Virus record (IMG/VR): IMGVR_UViG_2562617086_000013
Direction: 5' to 3' (one strand)
DNA from: a virus
Lineage: Duplodnaviria; Heunggongvirae; Uroviricota; Caudoviricetes
DNA length: 21,692 nucleotides
The translations under genes were made by a program, and so were the position numbers. The notes below the pieces were generated by a model. That model ran no database searches. It was given only the letters and a program-made list of their open reading frames with translations, and was not told the DNA's origin. Each line of letters starts with the position of its first letter. Position 1 is the first letter of the stretch. Positions 19,161 to 21,692 of this stretch are shown piece after piece.

Positions 19161-20117
19161 TTATTTTTGAATTGATTTAAACATCCCATCGAGTTGTAAT
19201 TTATTTATGTCGGTTTTCTTTATGGCTTTAATTAAGTTTTCAATAACTTCCAAAGAAAAAATTACATCTTTCTTTTCAATTCTAACCCCCCCGTGGTGGC
19301 TGCAAGCATTAAGGATGTCCTTTGTAATTTCAACATCATTTTTCATTAATGGTTCATAGTCCAGAGCCTCAATAACAGAAACTAAACTACCTAGCATTTG
19401 CTCTTGGTATTGAACGTTGTTTAAATGCATTATACGAATATTAACAAGCATGAGAATATATTCTAAATATCTCCTGGCAGTATTTCCTTTCTCTTGTAAA
19501 GAATCACGATCATATTCCTCAATACTCATGACTTCATTATGTAAAGAGGCTATTTTGTGCTCTGCTAATGAAATATTTATCGCATCCATGAGGTTTCGTG
19601 AGAAGCCTGTAGATGTAACATGACCATTTGCGGGCCTTGTTAAAATACATGTAGTATAGCAATTTATATTTGGGGTCTGGATTGTCTCATTTACTCTTTT
19701 AACCGTTCTATAAACGTCTACCATATAAGAACCTGAGTTTTCAAATGAACATGAAGAGCATTTTGTATTATATATTCTATTTAGAGATAACTGATTGTGA
19801 TAGTATCCCTTTAAGAAAGCATATATAGTGTCATTAAACTCGACAAACACAACGGACTCAATATATATATGGAATTTATCATTGGGGTGCCACTCTAATT
19901 CAAGTCTTCTTGTAGAGTCATCAAAGGAAAAGTTTGAAATAAAATCCCAGTTACCTAAATCTATAAAATCAACGATATTTCTACCTGCACCATGGATATT
20001 TTTATTTATTAAAGTTGTGATTGAGTTTTTTATAATGTCCCAATCATGAATTTCATGATCGAATTTATTATTGATGGTTTCTTTTATTTGATTGGAAAAG
20101 TTTGAATAACTAGTCAC
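19161..20117 (-). CDS. hypothetical protein (318 aa), AT-rich cargo gene between alpha and attR
   Basis: Single uninterrupted ORF, GTG start with a GAGG RBS; markedly AT-rich relative to alpha. No recognisable catalytic motif. Confidence 0.6.
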   Translation of the reverse strand: MTSYSNFSNQIKETINNKFDHEIHDWDIIKNSITTLINKNIHGAGRNIVDFIDLGNWDFISNFSFDDSTRRLELEWHPNDKFHIYIESVVFVEFNDTIYAFLKGYYHNQLSLNRIYNTKCSSCSFENSGSYMVDVYRTVKRVNETIQTPNINCYTTCILTRPANGHVTSTGFSRNLMDAINISLAEHKIASLHNEVMSIEEYDRDSLQEKGNTARRYLEYILMLVNIRIMHLNNVQYQEQMLGSLVSVIEALDYEPLMKNDVEITKDILNACSHHGGVRIEKKDVIFSLEVIENLIKAIKKTDINKLQLDGMFKSIQK

Positions 20118-20647
20118 TTGTTAGCCTCAAAATTAATAATGAGTATTAAAATTTAATTGATATTGTCTATAAAATGTAGCGATGCAATTTTATTGCAACG
20201 AAATGATTTTTACAACATACCATTATCGCTAAACAAAATCGCACCCATCAAATCAACTTACGTTACAATCACTACAAAGCGATTGCATTTAAATTCAAAA
20301 CAGTTTTCTGTTGGGCGCATTTTTTGTTGTACTGGACTAAAGAGAAAAAATGGGGTAAGGAACAAATACCTTCCGTGCTCAAAAATTAGGTTTTTATGCA
20401 CTTATTAATCAGTCAAGGTGAACAGTAAAGTGTTCACTTCTTATCAATCGTTAATTTCATATCTTTTTGAATATTAATGAAAAAAAACACAATGAGTAGT
20501 ATGAACAGTTATCCCCCAAAAAAAGTTTTTTCTGCCTTGAGAATGCGCGGAAAGCGAACGCCTTCACCAATGTGTATAGGGGTGTGTGTAGTTTAAATCT
20601 TCTATTTTAATTTATGTATTAAAATCATTGTGTTGGTGGCGATTATT

Positions 20648-20667
20648 GGTTCCTATTATCGCACCAT
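20648..20667 (+). repeat. degenerate direct repeat of the tRNA-Thr att core; probable attR of the P4-like element
   Basis: GGTTC-CTATTATCG-CACCAT versus attL GGTTCGACTCCTATTATCGGCACCAT (matches ggttc, ctattatcg, caccat). Confidence 0.4.
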
Positions 20668-20792
20668 TTAAATCAAGTAGTTACCCCATATTTAAATACA
20701 CCACGTTTCCTCCTGTGCCGCATTTGTGCCATTGTAACCCTGGCAATTAATCAAAATACTGTTCTGACATCAGGCAATGCAGGTGCAGACAT

Positions 20793-21692
20793 TTAAGCCA
20801 ATTGCTGCCGCCATTCCTTAACGTGGTCAATCAGAGCGCGGAGCTTTGGTGCAATATTGCGACGCTGTGGGAAATACAGATAGAAGCCCGGAAATTGTGG
20901 AAGAAAGTCATCAAGCAGAGATACAAGCTTACCGCTTTCAATATACGGCCTGAAAGTTTCCTGAGTGGCAATTGTTATTCCTCCGCCGGCAAGAGCCAGC
21001 CTCAACATCAGACGCAGATCATTAGTCGTAATCTGCGGTTCAATCGCAAGGTCGAAAGCTCTCCCGTTTTCTTCAAATGGCCAGCGATAAGGCGCAACCT
21101 CCGGGGACTGACGCCAGCCGATACACTTATGATTCACAAGTTCACGCGGATGAACAGGTGTGCTGTTGGCTGCGAGATAGGAGGGAGAGGCAACGACCAT
21201 TTCACGCTGCCTGCCGGTAAGGGGCACAGCAATCATGTCTTTTTCAATGACCTCTCCGAGCCTTACGCCAGCATCGTAACCTGCGGCCACGATATCGAAT
21301 TCCTCATCCGTGACAACAATATCAAGCGTAACGGCTGGATTGGCTGCTGCAAACGAAGCGATTAGCGGACCTGAAAGAAATTCTTCAGCTATTGACGTCA
21401 CCGCGATTCTGAGAAGTCCGCGTGGCACATGGTCAGAAACCATCTCTTCGAACGCTGCCTCAATACCGGATAAAGGTAATGACAGCGATTTATGCAGCCG
21501 TTCTCCCGCTTCTGTCAAATTAACTGAGCGCGTGGTCCGCATTACAAGCATTGTCCCGAATGCATCTTCAAGGCGTCTTATTCCCTGACTGACCGCTGAA
21601 CGGGTAACGCCCAGCCGTGCGGCGGCTTTACTAAAATTACTCTCTTCTGCTACCGCGATAAAAATGGGTAAAAGATTAAGATCGATTTTCAT
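20793..21692 (-). CDS. LysR-family transcriptional regulator (complete; start codon is the last three bases of the window)
   Basis: N-terminal LysR HTH MKIDLNLLPIFIAVAEESNFSKAAARLGVTRSAVSQGIRRLE..; C-terminal substrate-binding domain; about 300 aa. Confidence 0.85.
   Translation of the reverse strand: MKIDLNLLPIFIAVAEESNFSKAAARLGVTRSAVSQGIRRLEDAFGTMLVMRTTRSVNLTEAGERLHKSLSLPLSGIEAAFEEMVSDHVPRGLLRIAVTSIAEEFLSGPLIASFAAANPAVTLDIVVTDEEFDIVAAGYDAGVRLGEVIEKDMIAVPLTGRQREMVVASPSYLAANSTPVHPRELVNHKCIGWRQSPEVAPYRWPFEENGRAFDLAIEPQITTNDLRLMLRLALAGGGITIATQETFRPYIESGKLVSLLDDFLPQFPGFYLYFPQRRNIAPKLRALIDHVKEWRQQLA

Larger units (their letters stand above)
6423..20667 (+). mobile_element. P4-like satellite prophage / phage-inducible chromosomal island (about 12.9 kb without the IS629 insertion)
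   Basis: tRNA-derived attL, P4-type integrase, Ogr/Delta-Psu-Sid late cluster, AlpA, alpha primase-helicase, and a degenerate direct repeat of the att core at 20648-20667. Confidence 0.7.

Noticed and set aside
20157-20408. 83-aa ORF in the AT-rich region upstream of the 318-aa gene
   Set aside because: Lies in the probable promoter/att region; AT-rich, low-complexity, no RBS.
20802-21588. Plus-strand ORFs 20802-21365 and 21310-21588
   Set aside because: Antisense shadow ORFs inside the well-supported LysR regulator gene.

Overview
Mosaic, mobile-element-dense Enterobacteriaceae (E. coli-like) region with four parts. (1) 1-4343: the right end of a prophage with an e14/Mu-type tail-fibre host-range switch (tail fibre gene, two convergent tail-fibre assembly genes, a silent alternative fibre C-terminus, Pin-family serine invertase, crossover sites at about 779-804 and 2637-2662), followed by a GIY-YIG nuclease-like cargo gene and a 62-nt 3' fragment of a tRNA-Ser gene. 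(2) 4344-6420: an AT-rich islet with an AraC/XylS-family regulator and an IS2-like remnant. (3) 6423-20667: a P4-like satellite prophage. It begins at a 46-nt tRNA-Thr 3' fragment and has a P4-type integrase split by an intact 1310-bp IS629-like element with AAG target duplications. Downstream of int it carries an AT-rich three-gene cargo (PD-(D/E)xK nuclease, small protein, SMC/ABC-like coiled-coil ATPase), then a late cluster (Ogr/Delta zinc finger, Psu-like, Sid-like), a 0.9-kb repeat-rich control region, AlpA, three small ORFs, an alpha primase-helicase, a second AT-rich cargo gene (318 aa) and a degenerate attR. (4) 20793-21692: a LysR-family regulator. The most interesting feature is the three-gene cargo, which has the architecture of a Lamassu / ABC-three-component (DdmABC-like) anti-phage system but is too divergent to assign to a described subtype by eye, and appears to carry inactivating homopolymer frameshifts and a nonsense codon. 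All calls are from reading the sequence and ORF translations; no database search was run.
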